Notes: generated from the sequence alone by a model not told the origin. A stretch of 64,000 nucleotides of DNA from Eledone cirrhosa (GCA_964016885.1 OZ024744.1:51088001-51152000); one strand, 5' to 3'; shown: positions 1 through 14,027, counted from the first letter of the stretch. Made by a program: numbers and translations.

Positions 1-340
1 AAGAGGCAGGTGTCTTACCTGGAACGTCACAGTTAGTGACTCTTTTGCTTCTTCCCACATTCTGGATGCAGCGGTAAGGGCGAGAGCTACAGCATCCGCA
101 GCTGAACGGAACAAAATCCTAAAATACTGTGTTCTGTCAGCTAACTACATTATCCAGCCTGTGGCGTTTGAGACGTTTGGGGGAGTCGATCTACTGACAG
201 CGAAGTTCTTATCTTCACTGGCGGCTCGCCAAACAGGTAACTGGTGATGCTCGTGAAGGCACTTGGTTGTTCCACTACCTCAGCCTCGCCATCACCCTTT
301 CTAACGCCGCGAGCGTGCTGGCCTGCCTCAAAGATTATTA
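1..340 (+). mobile_element. 3' fragment of an RLE-type non-LTR retrotransposon (CRE-like restriction-like endonuclease domain), degraded
   Basis: Manual translation gives ...WNVTVSDSFASSH...AAERNKILKY...IQPVAFETFGG...LSLAI..SNAASVL, matching the DVTV..AE..K..KY...P.A.ET.G pattern; frameshifted. Confidence 0.7.
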
Positions 341-1097
341 GAGAGGTATCCCACTGTTCCTCTCTATATTGCTATCTTTTGTTCTGGTAGCGTCTCGTTT
401 TACCACTCTTTCGCCTGCATACTGTTATGTGTGGTCTAAGATGTGGGTATTACATGCTTGTGCATTTTTTTCTTTCTTTTTTTCCTTTTCCTTTCCTTTG
501 TATATATTATATTTGTTAGTGTTTTCGTTCTGTAACCATTATATTAAATTTTTATACTAATGAGTTTTAAAAAAAGAGTTAAACTGTGTTGTTAATAAAT
601 AAATAAAACGTTATACTTGTTTTACTCTCCCATGTCCAATTCACCAAACGCTATCATGACTATATGTGTGTGTTTGTGTAAATGTATGTTTGTGAATGTG
701 TGTTTGTGTAGATGTATATGTGTGAAAGTATATGTATTTGTGTGAATGTATGTCCATGAGCGCGTGTATTTTTATAAGTTTGTGTTTGCGTGATTATAGT
801 TATATACACATAATAGTTATATACTCATACATATAGATGTATGTGCACATATACACACAAACGCGTCAGCGTGTAGAAAATCATAATGATTCTATCTGTA
901 TCTCTCTCATCACACACTCTCTCTTTCTATATCTATGGTAGTTAAAGTGGTGGTGGTGGCGGCCATATACCGGAAGTGTAGAAATTTGAAACTTTGAAAA
1001 GAAGTTAATTTTAAATAAGCAATAAAATTATATTAAATTTAATAAAAAATTACGAAATTTAGTACATAAATTATGTAATATTCATTCATTATTTATT

Positions 1098-1490
1098 AAT
1101 TGGCAGTATCGGTAGAGGGTTTGACGCCATGCTTTCCAGCATAGTTACGTCCCTTTACGATCTGAGTTCAAATCCAGCCGAGGTTGACTTTGCCTTTCAT
1201 CCTTACGGGGTCGATAAAATAAAGTACCAGTAATGCACTGGGTATTTGCTGGCCTTGTGCCTAAAGTAGAAACAATTATTTATTCAAAGTAATAGGCGGT
1301 GGATTGGCAGTATCGGTAGAGGGTCGGACGCCATGCTTTCCAGCATAGTTACGTCCCTTTATGATCTGAGTTCAAATCCCGCCGAGGTTGACTTTGCCTT
1401 TCATCCTTACGGGGTGGATAAAATAAAGTACCAGTAATGCACTGGGTAATTTGCTGGCCTTGTGCCTAAAGTAGAAACAATTATTTATTC
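1098..1490 (+). mobile_element. Two tandem copies of a tRNA-derived SINE (family S1, about 190 bp)
   Basis: A-box-like TGGCAGTATCGG, B box GAGTTCAAATCC, core ctttgcctttcatccttacggggtcgataaaataaagtaccag, 3' end gtagaaacaattatt; many copies in the window. Confidence 0.9.
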
Positions 1491-1574
1491 AAAGTAATCC
1501 AATTTATTTTACTAATGGGATAAAAAGAAATAAACCGTACACAGTCCCGCACTCCTTATTTTATTATAGTTTAG

Positions 1575-2735
1575 ATGGTGGTGGTAGTGGTGGTGGTTGA
1601 GGTGGTGGTGGTGGTAGTTGAGGTGGTGGTGGTTGAAGTGTTGGTGGGGGTGGTGGTGGTATTGGTGGTGGTTGTGGTGGTTGAGATGGTGGTGGTGGTA
1701 GTGGAGGTGGGGGTGGTGGTGGTTGAGGTGGTGGTGGTCGTTGTGGTAGTGGTGATTGTGGTGATGGATGGTTGTGGTAGTAGCCGTAGTGGTGGTGCTG
1801 GTAGTGGTTGTAGTGGTGGTGGTGGTGGTTGAGGTGGTGGTAGCTGTGGTGGTTGAGGTGGTGGTGGTGGTTGAGGTGGTGGTGGTAGTAGTGGTGGTGG
1901 GGATTGTGGTGGTTTGGGTGGTAGTGGTAGTTGAGGAGGTGGTGGTAGTGGTGGTGGTAGTGTTGGTGGTGGTGTTGGTGGTGTTGGTGGTGTTGGTGTT
2001 GGTGGTGATGGTTGAGGTGGTGGTGGTGGTTGTGGTGGTGGTGGTTAGGTGGTGGTGGTGGTTAGGTGGTGGTGGTGGTGGTAGTTGTGGTAGTGGTGAT
2101 TGAGGTGATGGTGGTGGTTGTGGTAGTGGTGATTGTGGTGATGGATGGTTGTGGTAGTAGCCGTAGTGGTGGTGCTGGTAGTGGTTGTAGTGGTGGTGGT
2201 GGTGGTTGAGGTGGTGGTAGCTGTGGTGGTTGAAGTGGTGGTGGTAGTAGTGGTGGTGGTGATTGTGGTGGTTTGGGTGGTGGTGGTAGTTGAGGAGGTG
2301 GTGGTAGTGGTGGTGGTGGTGTTGGTGGTGGTGGTGTTGGTGGTGTTGGTGGTGTTGGTGGTGTTGGTGTTGGTGGTGATGGTTGAGGTGGTGGTGGTGG
2401 TTGTGGTGGTGGTGGTGGTTAGGTGGCGGTGGTGGTCGTTGTGGTGGTGGTGATTGTGGTGATGGTGGTGTTGGTGTTGGTGGTGGTGGTAGTTGAGGTG
2501 GTGGTGGTGGTTCTGGTGGTGGTAGTGGTGGTGGTGGTGGTGGCAGTGATTGTGGTGGTCGTGGTGGTTGAGGTCGAGATGGTGGTACTGGTGGTGGTGC
2601 TCGTGTTGGTGGTTGAGTTAGCGGCAGAGGTAGTGGTGGTGGTGTTGATGTTGGTGGTGGTTATAGTGGTTGTGGTGGTTGTAGTTGTAGTGTTTATGGT
2701 AGTGGTTGTAGTGGAAGTGGTTGTAGTGTTGTTTT
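1575..2735. repeat. Degenerate (GGT)n microsatellite with higher-order duplications
   Basis: GGT/GTT/GTA triplets; the poly-Val ORFs are artefacts; the block atggatggttgtggtagtagccgtag recurs at about 1764 and 2141. Confidence 0.95.
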
Positions 2736-2920
2736 AGCCATAAGATAACGCCATCCCACTGGATATATATATATATTTTTAGTATATGTTGGTTGTTTAC
2801 CGACACCTCAGTATGCAGATTGGAGAACTCGACGAAGTACGCAGGTTGGTTTGGTTACTCCGGAGTAAAATAAAATAATTAAATCAAATATTTAAAATTT
2901 GGCTTCGTTTATTAAAGATA

Positions 2921-2976
2921 TACTGCTATATATATTTCGGTGACAGCCATCATTGGCTGTGACGTCTTCAGGCAGT
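2921..2976 (-). ncRNA. Type I hammerhead ribozyme motif (family H1)
   Basis: Minus strand: actgc-CTGAAGA-cgtcacagccaatgatggctgtcacc-GAAA-tatata-TA-gcagt; stems I and II pair. Confidence 0.85.
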
Positions 2977-3315
2977 CCGAATTGGTGTGGTAGAGACAGG
3001 TACACATGTTCTTCAAGTGTTTTACTCCGTCAATACTCCGATATGTACAGCTCCTGGTTGGGTTGTTATTTCTCTGAGGAACTGGAATCATATTGTAAAT
3101 TGTTTAAAACTTGAACCAAATTGTAGATAAAGACACACTCCTCCTCGCGAGAGGGCTCTTTTTGCCCGTTATTTGACCATTCGAGGTTAAATAACCAGTT
3201 ATTGGGGATTTGTGCCCAATATTCATTTTAAACCGTAAAAAAACATGGCTACTCCTTCCGTCTTCTTCCCCAATCGTCATTACGTCAGAGAAAAGATTGT
3301 CCCCCCCCTCTAAAT

Positions 3316-4986
3316 ATGGTGTCGCCTCTGTCGCCTCTTTCGCAAGCGACGCCATTAAAGCGACAAAAAAATGTAGTTTCTCGTAGCGTTCTTCATCAAG
3401 AGAACGCGCGTACCGTGGAACATTTCTCCACGACGACGACGACGAAAGATGTGTGCGGTAAATACGGAAAGTCATTTCATTCGCAAAGAACCTGGAAACC
3501 ATCCTTATAACAAATGAGGAATTACAGGAAGCAAGGAAGATGGTGACGAAAACCGGACACCGAGTAATCTGCAAGGCAGACGAAGAATTTTTCGAAACCC
3601 AACAGCACTGTACGGTCACGTACCGTACAGTAAGCACAAAATCACATAGAGTTGAAAGAGCCACAGAGCTGTGTGACAGCAGAAAACGCATATCACTCGA
3701 GGCAAGGAATATGCCACCGTGGATGTGCTTTTTGCCACACCCCAGGAAGCAAAGGCTCAATCCTTAGTTACCCTAAGGAGCGAGGAAATGGTGTTGGTCC
3801 CCTCCTACTGCGGGCAAAAAATTGTGAGGGTAAAACTGACACAAGTCCCCCCCGGGATGGCCCCTTTTGGCTGGCCGCGTCTGTCCTCGTCGAAATCGAG
3901 GATAAAACAACCGTACTGCAAGTACAGATAAAAGTACGAGAAGGGTCGGCGCCTCGATTGAGATGTTAATTCAAACCAACCAGGAGTGCATCGACGCTAT
4001 CCCGGATGTGATAGACTTCGATAACGGCACTCAACTTCCCATAAGTGTTGAGGGCAAACGCCCGAAATGCTTTCGCTGTGGGTCGAAGACTCACCTCAGG
4101 GCCTTCTGCAATGAGAAGAACCTGAGAAATGAGAAAACCCCCTCCTTCCGAAACCGGCCCCACTGCTACCAGCAACAGGACAGGCGGCAAGCAGGAAGGA
4201 TAGGTCTGTGGCACTCATACCCACGCCCCGGAAATCAAGAACAACAGCAGTAGTTGGTATTAACAACAACAACAACAGTAATACCAACTGCAGCTGCAAC
4301 AGAGACTCCACTGCAACCATCGCCAACAAGAACAAGGTGAAGAGTGGAGTTGGTACCCCTCACAGAATCGGACATGGAGTGTGAGGTGGGAGAGGGATCG
4401 CAAAAGGTCGCAAGAAGGCACAAACACAGACGCAGTGCATCGTCGCCTTCGAAAAAAATGGGTGGGTGGGTGAAAAAAGGGTGAAGGCTACTGCAAAGAG
4501 ACTTACATCAGCAACACCACCAACACCATCACCACCCAGACTAGCGCTACCATCACCACCTGCGGCAACCCCACCGCAAACAACAACAACACCTTCAACA
4601 CCACCACCACAAGCACCAACATTGCAAACACAACAACAAAACACACACACCCAGCAACAACGACAAGAAAATAGCACCCCCCGCCAAAAAAAATAAATGC
4701 ACAGCAATAAATACACAACAAGAAACTAATGATTTACATAATTGAACACACAGACATTTCACAGCACGACTACATAATACCAGCACCAATCAAAACACCA
4801 ACGAACATAAGATTGGTAAGAATATCACAGAAACAATACACTAACATTAAAATGAAATTCCCCAACGCAGTTGGTGATTTCAGAGACCTAGGAGGGACAC
4901 TTAACCGGAGAGTATACTCGGATATACTCACAGAAAAGCCGACGACCAGCCGGTTCAACAGTCCCTTCACCAGACGATCAAGGTAA
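3316..4986 (+). pseudogene. Tx1 copy A ORF1 (gag-like, zinc knuckle), frameshifted
   Basis: VEGKRPKCFRCGSKTHLRAFC (C-x2-C-x4-H-x4-C); Pro/Thr-rich linker; ends RRSR*. Confidence 0.8.
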
Positions 4987-5022
4987 GTGATCTTTTCTCA
5001 CTAACCTCGTTCCTCACCCAAC

Positions 5023-8000
5023 ATGGCCGTATTCAGGATCGGAAGTGTAAACGTGCGTGGCTTGAGCTCGGTTTGGAAGCAGTCACTTGGCTTGGGTCTT
5101 GCCATAAGGACCATCTTTCTGGACCCAGAAGGTAAGTCGGTGGTGCTGGACGTGAACGGCACCGAAGGCAATGCTTTCAGGCTAGTAGCCGTCTATGCTC
5201 GTACAGGGACAGGACGGCCAGATTTCTCCAGACGTCTAGAGACCTTTCTTGGAATGTCCCGCTTTTTAGTTTTAGTGGGCGACTGGAACGGTATCATGGA
5301 TGCACGCTCGGATTGTGTGGGGATAGTGGATAGGTGAGTAGGTGCAAGAGCCTCACCAACCTGCTCAGACATTTTGAACTGTCTGACAGGTATCGACTGG
5401 ATCACCCGAATGTGCCAATGTGGACATGGACAAACCGCATCGGGTCATCCAGATCGTATCTAGATAAGGTATTCTGCAGGGAACTAGATAAGGCTAGTAT
5501 AAGTTGTCCGCAATTTAAAATAGTCGACTACACAGACAACAAATTTGTGATCTGTGAGATCGACATAGAGAGACTTCATAGACAAGGATCTGGTTACTGG
5601 AAGCTGAACGCGTCTTTCCCGGCGCGCAAAGCCTACAGAGACCGGATTAGCGTATTAGTTAAGCGGGCGTTGACGGGGGCGGTCGTGAACAACAGGTGGG
5701 GGTTTGCCCTGAAAAGAGCAATTAATGTAGAGTCGATTAGGTTTAGCAAAGGAGTAGTGATAGAGGAAAATAGAGTAGAGGGAGAGCTAGTCAGAAATCT
5801 AGAAGAGGCGTTTAGGACAGGCATCGCAACCGACGTGCTTGCGGCGAGATTGGCACTCGACCAATTCTTCAACGCAAAACACGAAGGCTGCGTTGTCAGA
5901 GCTAGAGCGCGTGCTTTGAAACACGAAGGGACAAAAGCCGTCCAATGGGCCCGGGTGGCAGAGGCGCGACGTGGCAACAAAGCCACAATTCGGTCTTTGT
6001 CTGACCCGAGGAGATGTGTGAGGCTTTTCAACAGCACTTTGCTGAACTGTTCGGAAGCGGAGACGGGCCGGATCGGAGTATGGACTTCAGTGCATACCTC
6101 GACGGACTGCCTCGGCTCTCGACGACCGCAGCACAGTGTTGTGAAAAGCCAATAACAGCCGGTGAAATACGGAAAGCGATGGCTAACTGCACGAGGGGTA
6201 AATCGCCAGGTTTGGATGGTCTTCCCTACGAGCTTTATGCATTTATGCCAGACTTGTTCGGTGACCTCTTGGCAGACCTCTACTGCAACTGGCTGCATAA
6301 CGGGAGCATTCCCAGTTTTGTGAGCCGGGGAGCGGTGGCGCTGCTGAGAAAAGGCCCAAACAAGGGGGATCTTATCGATAACTTCAGGCCCATAACTCTG
6401 CTAAACGCAGAGTTCAAGATTTTGGCCAAGGTGTTAGCAACGAGGTTGGCGCTTGTCGTTGGTAGTCTGGTGGGAGAGGCGCATACATGCGCCATTCCGG
6501 ACAGATACATCGTAGAGAGGGTGGTTAAGGAACCTGTCACGGATGGAGCCCTGATCAACTTGGATCAATCCAAAGCATTCGATAGGGTCGACCATCGGTA
6601 CCTGGCGGCGGTCCTCGAGGCAGCCAGTTTCGGGCCCGTTTTCAAGGGTTGGGTCGCTGAGATGTACAGCGACATCTGCTCAGTTGTGAGGGTGAATGGT
6701 CACCTGTCGCAGCCGTTCAGCATCATGCGCTCGGTCCGCCAGGATTGTCCCTCTCGTCCCTCTTGTACGTATTGGCTCCCGAGCAGTTACTACACAAACT
6801 GGGGGCGATGAGGGGCGTCCCACACGAACTAGGATGCGGGAAATCCGTGTCGGCTTACGTGGTGGTGTCGACCACCAGGCACGTCCAGATGCTCGGCACC
6901 ACTCTCAAGGAATACGATGCGGTGACAGGAGCAAAGATAAACCAGGAAAAGTCGGTAGGCTTGCAGCTCGGCACCTGGAGAGGCAAGTCCATGTCGTCTG
7001 ACAGCGTCGTGGGGCATTGGACGGACGGACCGGTTAAATTTCTCAGGGTCTGGTTCGGACCGGACCTCCAGATGGAGAAAAACTGGAGTGAGGTGACCAG
7101 CAAGGTGGTCTCCCTCACCCAGAAATGGGCCGGGAGGAAGCTGTCCCTGAAAGGCGGGGCGGAGGTGGCGAATGCGTACATCGCATCCGTCATCTGCTAC
7201 AGCCTCACCGTCGCCCCTTGCCCCGGCACAACTCTCACCAAAATGGAGTGCCCCCTCTTCCGCTTTTTGTGGAAGGGACGCGCTCCCATGGTCAGATGAT
7301 CCATCTGCTGTCAACACCCGTTGCGTGGACGACTGGGCATGCCATGGCTGATGATGTGCAAACATGCACTGAGGCTGCGACATCTCTGGTGCTTCCTTGA
7401 CGGTGAACAGGTGTGGTCGCCGATCGCCAAGCACTTTTCCTACAGCTCGTCTCCTTGACGCAGCTGCAGTCCTGGGTCAGGAAAAGACCGGGGGATAGCG
7501 CTTGGAAACTGGAATGTCTCCAGGCGCTCACTGCCCTCTGCCAGCTGGGCACCAGTATCGGTGGAACATTCACCTCAGCGTTCTATAGAGGACTAGTGGA
7601 GGGGAAGAGTGACGACGTTCTCGGAGAGATTCTGGACGTCGAAGAAGATCAGCTGTTTGCTCTTTTCCGGAGAACTTTCAGTCCAGGACCTATGGATAGC
7701 TTCCCAAAGTCCCTGGCCTGGCAGTGCTACCGGGGAGCGTTGTCGGTTCTAGATAAGCTCTATTGTCCGAGATGCGCGCATAGCGACGAAATCGTCGTGC
7801 ACGCACTCGTTCAGTGCCCGAGCATTGCTGACTTGTGGAGCTATGTCGAACAGTTGCTGTCACGTGTAGGACCTATCCGGTTATCGACTGAGTCCATTGT
7901 GCAGATGGTCTCGCCGTCTTCCTTCGAGGAGGAAGGGCAGGCGGTTTTCATCTGCCTGGTGGCCATGGCGAAAGAGATTGTGTGGTGGACACAGGTTGAA

Positions 8001-8157
8001 AGGTTTAAAGACAGACACTTTCCTCTTCGGCGAATCCCTAATTAACCTTTTCAAGTTTCACTTGAAGAGGAAAATCAGGGTGGAGAGGCATGTGCTGCCT
8101 CATAGCAAGTTTGTTGAAAGGTGGGTGAATGTACCGAGAATGGTCCGAGTGAACTGA
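5023..8157 (+). pseudogene. Tx1 copy A ORF2 (APE endonuclease and reverse transcriptase), frameshifted
   Basis: SVNVRGL, VGDWN, SYLDKVF, GYWKLNAS, KSPGLDGLPYE, FRPITLLNAEFKILAKVLA, DQSKAFDRVDH; C-terminal CPRC...HALVQC. Confidence 0.92.
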
Positions 8158-8461
8158 ATATACGCCTGTAGTTTGAGAAGTGAAAAAATTGAGAGAGGGC
8201 GCTTGCCCTGGTGGTCAGGGTGGCCGTGGTCTTTTGTGCGGTTTTAGGCACGAGTAACCCTCGGAAGTTTCCCCCTTATTGGGGAATTTTTCATTTTTAT
8301 TGTTTATATATATATATGTTTCTATGTCTTTTTTTTTCTTTTCTTATAAAAATAATAAAAAATCTTTACACGCACAAAACCCACACCGTACCATCCTGTA
8401 CCGTCCTGTGCCGTCTGTAATATTTTTCTTGATGTCAGCCCTTGTGGCCAATAAAGAAAAG

Positions 8462-8521
<60 letters not shown>
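8462..8521. repeat. (ATT)n tract joining the 3' end of Tx1 copy A to the 5' end of copy B
   Basis: About 20 perfect ATT units. Confidence 0.95.
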
Positions 8522-8734
8522 GGCGACCTACGTAGGAAATCGTATCATCGTTCGCTCTGCAAAGGTTTGTTGTTTTCAGTTGTTTCAAATTGCCATTTAT
8601 GGAAATTTTTTATTGTTAAGTGTTTACAAGGTCACATATATTGCTTTCGGAAAAGGACACTCAAAAAGATTGGGGCCTTGAGCCCAAAATTTAAACTTTT
8701 ATAATTATCAAACAAAAATTTCTCTGAAAAAATC

Positions 8735-10577
8735 ATGGACGACTCACAGCTACACCAAGCTGACGGCCTTCCTCACACCAACACCACCATTGTAAATAAT
8801 ACTACGTTTGCCAATACTAAAAATATAAGCAGTAACAATAATTAAAATTTGTCTCATGTAGACATTCATTTCCCGCCATTACCAAAAACTGCAGGTGTTA
8901 AAGCCGCCACCCCCACCACCATCACAGCGACAACAGAAACAAAAGAAAAAATAAATTATTATCTCGTGATATCGAAATGGATTCACCCAGAATCGATTCT
9001 TCCACACCGAACACCACTGACGCCACCAGAACTGAAACTAAAAATACAATAACAAAAATAACAATAACAAGAACAGCAACAACAACAATGAGAATAACAA
9101 CAAAAACATCAACACCACCGCAAATGTGTCGTTTGCCAAAGCAGCCAAGAAATGCGAAACAATCGAGGTAACTCAGGAGGAATTAAATGAAGCCAAGAGA
9201 ATGATAAAGAAAGATGGGTACAGGGGCAGCATCACCCCTCCCCCCCACACACACCTAATAAAATCGAGCATCGGCGCCTATGCACCGTGTCTTATCGGAC
9301 GATTAATACAAAATCGCGCCGAGTGGAACGGGCATCCGAATCCCAAATACAAAAAGCTTTGGGACATGTGTGGGCGAAAAAAAACCCCACATCAGACGTG
9401 GACAGAAATATGGAACCGTGGACGTGTTCTTTGGAACACCACAGGAAGCCAGAGAGCACTCCATGGCCCCATTAAGAAGCGACGACTTCACACTCGTCCC
9501 AAGCTATTGTGGCCAGAGACTCGTGAATATCAGGGTGACCCACGTTCCACCGGCCATCTAAATTCCCTGGCTAATGGCTGCCGTCCTAGCCGGCATCGAA
9601 GCCAACACTAAAATAATTGAAATATCAAAAGAAAAGCAGGAGAACTGGTCCGGATGTGGGATGGAGATCCTGATCCAAGCGGACCATAAAAGCATTGAGG
9701 AAATCCTAGAGGTAATAGACCTCACTGACGGCAGCCACCTCACCGTAATCGTCGAGGGTAGAAGGCCTAGGTGTGTCGTTTGTGGTGAAGGAACCCACCT
9801 AAGGGCTTTCTGCCCTCAGGCTAAAAAGTTGAGGCCACCTCACTTACCCACCCCAGTGACTCAACCATCAACACCACCAGCAGCAGAAATGGCAGCAAAA
9901 ACTGTAGCAGCAACAATAGAAGCAACTGTAGCAGCAACAACCCCAGCAACAGTAGCAAAACCAACACCACCACCGCCTAACGCGCCAGAACTAGCACCAG
10001 CGCCTACACCATCCACCACGCCACAACCAAGACCAACGCCTGTGGAGGATTTTCCACTCCCCGACTTATCGCAACTGGAGACAGATTGTGACGAAGAGGA
10101 GTGGGAAACTGTATCAGGAAAAAAGGAAAAAAGAAAAAGAAGCCAAAAAAGAAAAAAATCCTCTTCCTTCCCCCTCCAAAAACAAAATACAGAGGGAAAC
10201 AAATAAACTATCAAACAAAAAAGTTAGGACAGATATGCCACCATCCACACCAGCATCACCAACCCCATCACCACAAACACCAACACCATCACCATCATTA
10301 ACCCCAACACCACCATCACCAACACCACAAAAGTCACCAAAAAGCGCAACAGAAACAAACCCACAACAAACGCAAACAAAACAAAACAACCAAAACGATA
10401 CACACTACACAGCATTGAATTTGAACAACACCCAATTATTACACTACATCCAACACAACACCAGCATCACAGAAAAAGACTACACAACACCCCAAAAGTT
10501 CACACCATCTCCACACATACAAATCACTCGCATCACACAGAAAACGTACACGACAATAAAACAAAAATTCCCCAAAG
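8735..10577 (+). pseudogene. Tx1 copy B ORF1, frameshifted and broken by the inversion
   Basis: VEGRRPRCVVCGEGTHLRAFC knuckle; ends at KQKFPKA, homologous to KMKFPNA in copy A. Confidence 0.85.
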
Positions 10578-10628
10578 CCACGGTGACCCTGACCACCAGG
10601 GTAAGTGCCCTTTCCCAGTTTTCCCCCT

Positions 10629-13600
10629 TCAATTTACAGGCACATACCCATTCACACAGGCCATTCTTGCATCTCTCACCCATCTTTCAACAAAATGCTG
10701 GGAAGAGAGCACTTCCCTCCCTACCCTGATTTTCCTTTTTAAATGAAATTTGAAAAAGTTAATCAGGGCATCACCGAAAAGGTAAGTGCTCGTCTTCAGC
10801 CCTTTTAAACGTGTCCACCATACTATCTCTTTCGCCATGGCCACCAGACAGATAAAAATTGCCTGCCCTTCCCGACTAAAAGAAGAGGGCGGGGCAATCC
10901 TCACGATGGACTCAGCTGATAGCCGGATCCGTCCTACACGTGACAGCAGGTGTTCGACATAAACCCACAAGTCAGCAATGGTCGGACACTGGACGAGTGC
11001 GTGCAGGACGGTTTCGTCGCCCTGCGCGCATCTCGGACATGCCCGGCTGACGGCACCTCCATGCCTGTAGAGTTTATCCCGAACTGGCAAAGCTCCTCGG
11101 TAGCACTGCCAGGCCAGAGATTTCTGGAAGTTGTCCATAGGCCCCGGCCCGAAAGTTCTTCCGAAGACATTGGCTAGTTGACTTTCGCCGACGCCTAGAG
11201 TTTTCCCAAGTACGTCGTTGCTCTTCCCCTCCACTAATCCTCTATAGAACGCCAAGGTGGAGTTTCCACCGATCACATTGTCCGATTGGTCGAGGGCTGT
11301 GAGCGCCTGAAAACATTCCAGTCTCCAAGCGCTCCCGCTCGGTCTTCGCTTGACCCAGGACTGCAGCTTCGTCAAGGAGACTAGCTGGGGAAACACGCGT
11401 CTAGCAAACGGCGACCACACCTGATCACCGTCGAGGAAGAGGTGGAGATGTCTTAGCCTGAGCGCGTGTCTGCGCATCATCAGCCACGGCATGCCCAGCC
11501 CTCCAGGTAGCGGGTGTTGACAGCAGATGGACCGCCTGACCATCGGAGCGCGTCCCTTCCACAAAAAGCGAAAGAGAAAACGCTCCAGCGCAGTCAGGCG
11601 AGGCTTAGGACAATGTACGACGGTCAGGCGGTAGTAGATGACGGACGCGATGTACACGTTAGCCACCTTCGCTCGACCTTTCAGGGATAGCTTCCTCTCC
11701 GCCCATTTCTGGGAGAGAGAAGCCACCCTGCTCGTCACCTCGTCCCAGTTTTTGTCCGTCTGGAGGTCCGGACCGAACCAAACCGCTAGCAATTTAACCG
11801 GTCCGTCCGTCCAGCGCCTGACGACGCTGTTGGATGTCATGGACCTGCCTCTCCAGGTACCGAGCTGCAGGCCTACCGACTTTTCCTGGTTGATCATTGC
11901 TCCTGTCACCGCTTCGTATTCTCTTAGTGTACAGCCGATCGCCTCGATATGTTTGGCGTTCGACACCAGTACGGTGACATCGTCCGCATATACTGACACG
12001 GATCTTCCGCATCCTAGTTCGCGCGGGACCCCTCTCAACGTCTCCAATTTGTGCAGTAATGGCTCGAGAGGGAAGAGAGGAGACAACCTTGACGGACCGA
12101 GCGCATGATGTTGAACGGTTCCGAAAGGTGACCCTTCACTCTCCCCACAGAGCAGATGTCGCTGTTCATGGCAGCGATCCAGCCCCTGAAGACGGGCCCA
12201 AAGCCAACCGCCCTCAGGACTGCCGCCAGATAACGATGGTCGACCCTATCGACAGCTTTCGACTGATCTAAATTGATCAAGGACCCACCCGTGCCAGGTT
12301 CCCTAGCTACCCTCTCTACGATGTATCGCATGAGGTGGAGGTTGTCGTGGATGGATCTGTCAGGAATGGCGCATGTCTTTGCCTCTCCCACCAGACTACC
12401 AACGACAAGCGCCAACCTCTTTGCTAGCACCTTGGCCAAAATCTTGAACTCTGTGTTTAGCAGAGTTATGGCCCTGAAATTATCTATGTTATCCCCCTTG
12501 TTCGGATATTTTCTCAGCAGCGCCACCGCTCCTCGGCTCACAGAGCTGGGAATTCTCCCGTTCTGTTACCAGTTGCAGTAGACGTCCGCCAAGAGGCCTC
12601 CGAACAAGTCTGGCATCTGTACGTAAAGTTCATAGGGCAGACCATCCAAACTAGGCGATTTACCCCTTGTGCAGCCAGTCATTGCCTCCCGTACTTCCGC
12701 TGCTGATATCAGCTTTTCGCAACACTCCGCCTCAGTGGCCGAGAGCTGTGGCAGTCCGACGAGGTAGACACTAAAGTCCATCCCTCGATCCGGCCCACCG
12801 CTGCCCCCGAACAGTTGAGCGAAGTGTCGCTGAAGAGCGTCACTCATTTGCCCGGGATCGAGTAGCATGCGCCCGTCGTGGTCCACCAAAGACCGGATCG
12901 TGGCTTTGTTGCCACGACGCGCCTCCGCCACTCGGGCCCATTGAACGGCTTTCGTCCTCTCCTGTCTGAGAGTACGCACCCTAGCTCTGACAACGCAGCC
13001 TTCGTGCTTTGCATTGAAGAATTGGTCAAGGGCCAATTTCGCCGCAAGTACGTCGGTCGCGATGCCTTTGCTAAGCACCTCGTCTAATTTTCTAACTAGT
13101 TCCCCCTCTGCTCTATTTTTCTCTATTGCTAAAGCCTTACTAAACCTAATGGACTATATTCTAATCGCTCTTTTCAGAACAAACCACCACTTGTTGTTGA
13201 CGATGCCCCCCCCCCCGCCAACGCCCGCTTAACTAGTTCGCTAATCCGGTCTCTGTAAGCCTTGCGCGCTGGTAAGGACGCGTTTAGCTTCCAGTAGCCG
13301 GTTCCTTGTCTATGAAGCCTATCTAAGTCAACCACACAGATCAGGAATTTGTGGTCCATGTAGCTGACTATCTTGAATTGTGGACAGCCTATGCTAGACC
13401 TATCTATTTCCCTACAAAATACTCTATCTAGATATGATCTGGATGACCCGATACGGTTTGTCCAAGTCCACATTGGCACATTCGGGAAATCCAATCGGTA
13501 CCTGTCAGATAGTTCAAAACGCCTGAGCAGGTTGGTGAGGCTCTTGCACCCTCCTCCCCTATATGCTAATCCCACACAGTCCCAGCGTGCAAGATCCCGT

Positions 13601-14027
13601 TCCAGTCGCCCACTAACACTAAAGAGCGGGACGTTCCAAGAAAGGTCTCCAGACGCTGGAAGATATCAGGCCGCCCTGCTCCTGTCGGGGCATAGACGAC
13701 CACTAGCCTGAAAGCTTGCCCGTCTCCGCTGGTCACGTCCAGCACCACCAACTTACCTTCTGGGTCCAGGAAGTTGGCTCGTATGGCGAGATCCAAACCT
13801 CTCCGAAAAAGCATAGCCACTCCGCCCCCCGATCCAGGACGGCTGGGAGATGCGTACACATCGTAACCGCCGAAGATCGATGCGAAGGCCCGTGCTTCGG
13901 AGATTCTGGTCTCGCTGATGGCCACCACATCTATGTTTAGTGACCTGAGGTCGTTGAGCAGGTGGCACTGCTTCCATGACGACCTCAAGCCACGTGCATT
14001 TATGCTGCCTATTCTGAGTGAGGTCAT
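10629..14027 (-). pseudogene. Tx1 copy B ORF2 (APE and RT), frameshifted
   Basis: SINARGL, ISETR, VGDWN, GYWKLNAS, VRQGC, YADDVT, CPRC...HALVQC. Confidence 0.93.

Larger units (their letters stand above)
3130..8461 (+). mobile_element. L1/Tx1-clade LINE copy A, near full length, degraded
   Basis: ORF1 with CCHC knuckle, ORF2 with APE and RT, 3' UTR ending aataaagaaaag followed by (ATT)n; 5' boundary approximate. Confidence 0.9.

Noticed and set aside
1575-2737. Poly-Val ORFs, and the many [12 protein letters not shown] ORFs elsewhere
   Set aside because: Translations of microsatellites, not genes
8522-8600. U2 snRNA target or HDV-like ribozyme at the Tx1 5' end
   Set aside because: No match to the U2 5' sequence and no convincing nested pseudoknot by eye
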